This document shows, piece by piece, positions 61,154 through 64,000 of a stretch of DNA of 64,000 nt. The notes below the pieces were generated by a model. The model worked only from the letters and a program-made list of their open reading frames with translations. It did no database searches and was not told where the DNA came from. Both the position numbers and the translations under genes were made by a program. The stretch's first letter is position 1. Every line of letters starts with the position of its first letter. The DNA comes from Candidatus Latescibacterota bacterium. Its GTDB lineage: Bacteria; Latescibacterota; UBA2968. The DNA lies in contig OZ240241.1 of NCBI GenBank assembly GCA_965198115.1, forward strand, positions 7,776,001 to 7,840,000. Reading direction: 5' to 3'.

Positions 61154-62629
61154 ATGCCTGAGCATCCCAACATCGTTCTGATGATGTCGGATCAGCACAA
61201 TCCGCACGTCATGGGATACGCGGGAGATCCCATCGTCCGCACGCCCCACCTGGACTCCCTGGCCGCATCGGGTGTTCGGATGACGAATGCCTATTGTGCC
61301 CATCCTCTTTGCGCTCCGTCGCGTGCCGCTTTTCTGTCCGCACAATATCCGAGCGACATCGACGTATTCGATAACGGCGGCCGCTGGTCGTCAGATGTGC
61401 CCACCTTCGCTCACGCACTTGGCGGTACGGGCTACGAAGCCGTTCTCTGCGGACGAATGCACCTTGCAGCGAACGACCCATTTCACGGTTTCGAGCGTCG
61501 CATCCACGGGGACACGGGGGGCGCCGTTTCGAAAGAGATCCTCGGATCGGGCCGGAATCGCACGAACGGGCAAACCCGTTACGCCGTCGAGGTTGCAGGT
61601 CACGGCAGGACCGGGTTCCAGGCCTTCGACAGGTCGGTGACCGACACCGCCTGCGACTTCATCTCTCAACGTGAATCGTCGGATCGGCCGTTCGCGATGG
61701 TCGTGGGTTGGATCCTGCCCCATAACCCGCTCGTCTGTTCGAAAGACCGCTTCGACTTCTACCTGTCGAACATTCCGCCTCTAGAGCCGGAGTCAGATGA
61801 CTATCTCGACGAGCTCCACCCAGCACTCAAGGTCTGGCGCGAACGACGCGGCGTTGCCACACTCAGCCCTCAGCAATGTCGACGGGCCCTGGCTGCCTAC
61901 TATGGCCTCGTAGAGGAAACCGATGCAAACATTGGCTGAATTGTCGACGCGGTTCGAGACGGGCCGGATGCCGACAACACCGTCATCATCTACGTCTCCG
62001 ATCACGGCGACATGGCCCACGAACACGGGTTGTGGTGGAAAAGCAATTTCTACGAGGGCGCTGCGAACATCCCTTGCATCCTCTCCTGGCCCGGTCGCTT
62101 CTCGGAAGACACCGTGTTGGATGAGATCGTGAGCCTCATCGACATCGGCCCGACCGTCCTCGATCTGGCGGGTGCGCCCCCTCTGCCCGACGTATCCGGT
62201 CGCAGCTTCGCACGACTCCTGGAAGGCAACGCCATCCCCGATTGGCCGAACGAGATTTTTTGCGAGTATTCGGGCCTGCTCGGCGATCAACCGTCGTGCA
62301 TGATTCGATCAGGACGATGGAAACTGAACTACTACTCGGAATTCGACAGCTGCCAGCTCTTCGACCTCGAAACCGATCCGGGAGAACGCAACGACCTTGG
62401 ATCGAACCCCGATCACGCGGACACCGTTCGTGATCTCAAAGCAAGAATCGATGCCCGCTGGTCGGCCGACCGAATCCTCGACGGGATGGCGAAGCAGGAG
62501 CGCGCCCGTCGAGTCCTCAACCACGCCGGTCACACCTCCCATCTCCATCCCGTCACCAACTTCAAACCAGGTGAAGACGATAATGTCTTCGACTTCACCC
62601 AATTGGTGGAAGAACCGAAGTTGATGTAA
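61154..62629 (+). pseudogene. Choline-sulfatase-like sulfatase with an in-frame TGA (61937-61939)
   Basis: PNIVLMMSDQH and CAPSRA motifs; the same frame continues IVDAV...YVSDHGDMAHEHGLWWK. Confidence 0.88.
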
Positions 62630-62696
62630 GGTTACCGAGCAGGTGTTCGGTGTTCGGTGCCTTCGTGTTCAGACTTCTGCAGAGCAAGGAGCACAG

Positions 62697-63359
62697 ATGA
62701 GCAGCAGGAACGGCTACATACCCGAGAACGTCTACGATTATATCCTCACAAACACCCTCCGGGACAGCGCAGAGCTCAAAGCTCTCCGTGACGAAACCGT
62801 TAATCTCCCCGGCGCCGGCATGCAGATCTCAGCAGACCAGGGCCAGTTAATGGCTCTCCTCGTCAACCTGATCGGCGCGAAGAAGGCAATCGAGGTCGGC
62901 ACCTTCACGGGCTACAGCGCGCTCGTCGTTGCCCAGGCGCTCCCGGCCGACGGACTCCTCGTTGCGTGTGACATCGACGCCGAAATGCCCGCCATCGGTC
63001 AACGCCACTGGAAAGAGGCAGGCGTCGACGCCAAGATCGACCTACGCATCGGGCCGGCCGTCGACGCTCTCGATGCCCTCATCGATAGCGGACAAACCGG
63101 CACCTTCGACATGGCCTTTATCGACGCGGACAAAGAGAATTATGGCGAGTATTACGAGCGCTGTCTCACCCTGCTCCGACAGCGTGGTCTGATCCTCATC
63201 GACAATGTCCTTTGGGGCGGTCGGACGGCGGACCCGACCAACACCGATGAGTCCACTGTCGCCATCCGTAAGCTCACAAAGAAGATGCAGACCGACGAAC
63301 GGGTGGATTTCTCGTTGATTCCGGTGGGCGATGGGTTGTCGCTCACTGTGAAGCGGTAG
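62697..63359 (+). CDS. Class I SAM-dependent O-methyltransferase (caffeoyl-CoA OMT-like)
   Basis: EVGTFTGYS, FDMAFIDADK and DNVLWGG motifs. Confidence 0.93.
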   Translation: MSSRNGYIPENVYDYILTNTLRDSAELKALRDETVNLPGAGMQISADQGQLMALLVNLIGAKKAIEVGTFTGYSALVVAQALPADGLLVACDIDAEMPAIGQRHWKEAGVDAKIDLRIGPAVDALDALIDSGQTGTFDMAFIDADKENYGEYYERCLTLLRQRGLILIDNVLWGGRTADPTNTDESTVAIRKLTKKMQTDERVDFSLIPVGDGLSLTVKR

Positions 63360-63481
63360 AGAACATAGGGCCACGGTCGGCGGTGGGCGGTCAGCTGTCG
63401 CGCGGACCCATGCCACTTCTAAACTCCAGACTCATCACTCTATACTCGTTCTCGTCCCCAGCCGGAGAATGTGAGCTATTT

Positions 63482-64000
63482 ATGTCATTTCTAACAAAAT
63501 GGACATCTCTTGCCACGCCCGCTCTCCTGCTCGCCTGCTCGCTCCTCACCGGCCCCACCCACGCCGACGAATTCGGCGACTACTGGTATCAGGGCCTCGC
63601 GGAGATCACGAGCTACGACCTCGAGCAAGCACGCTATGGCGAGATCCACAGTGGCCACGCCGTGCTGATCTTCGTGACTGAGGACTTCTCCGAATCCAAG
63701 CACGTCAAGCTCGACAGATCCGGCGGGTCTGACGCTGTGACCGTCCTCAAGCTCAACGCCACGCGCAAGTTCAACACCGGCATCTATCCTTACTCGATGA
63801 TGACATCTGTCTTCACACCGGTCAGTGCCGACCGTTACCCCCGGACGCTCAAGGTTACCACCTCATCTCAAGAATGGTGCGGCCACACATTCACTCAGCT
63901 CAACCTGAATGCAGAAGGCTACCGCGCCAGACTCTATTCCTACTTCGAACGTGAAAGCGATCGCGACATCCAGATCGATGTCACCCTCACGGAAGATGAG
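63482..64000 (+). CDS. Conserved exported hypothetical protein, runs off the window edge
   Basis: Own translation from ATG 63482: signal peptide, then DYWYQGLAEITSYDLEQARYGE...FVTEDF...KLNATRKFNTGIYPYS...SSQEWCGH. Confidence 0.75.
   Translation, partial: MSFLTKWTSLATPALLLACSLLTGPTHADEFGDYWYQGLAEITSYDLEQARYGEIHSGHAVLIFVTEDFSESKHVKLDRSGGSDAVTVLKLNATRKFNTGIYPYSMMTSVFTPVSADRYPRTLKVTTSSQEWCGHTFTQLNLNAEGYRARLYSYFERESDRDIQIDVTLTEDE

Overview
GC-rich bacterial DNA. A DUF6785-type membrane protein, dockerin/EF-hand-tailed secreted proteins, sulfatases, PhyH and UxuA paralogues suggest a Latescibacterota-like organism (inference only). About 1-54 kb is a heavily IS-invaded, decaying accessory/defence region. 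It holds seven near-identical 1.42-kb ISL3 copies, three distinct IS256 types, two IS630 elements, IS21/IS3/IS1182 remnants and two unassigned repeated terminal sequences ('X' and 'Y'). It also holds fragments of many defence genes: type III Res, type I HsdM, DUF499 ATPase, Fic, DUF3883, Nmad3, an HhH glycosylase, a NERD-like nuclease and a phosphorothioation sspA-sspB-sspC' remnant. The best candidate for an undescribed system is an intact, translationally coupled, more AT-rich four-gene operon at 39825-45015: ParB-like protein, SNF2 helicase, DUF3883-type nuclease and Dam-type methyltransferase. I do not recognise it as a named defence system. About 47.8-64 kb is mostly ordinary metabolism, with several genes carrying single nonsense or frameshift lesions. 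No rRNA, tRNA or CRISPR array was seen. All family assignments come from motif recognition by eye, not database searches.
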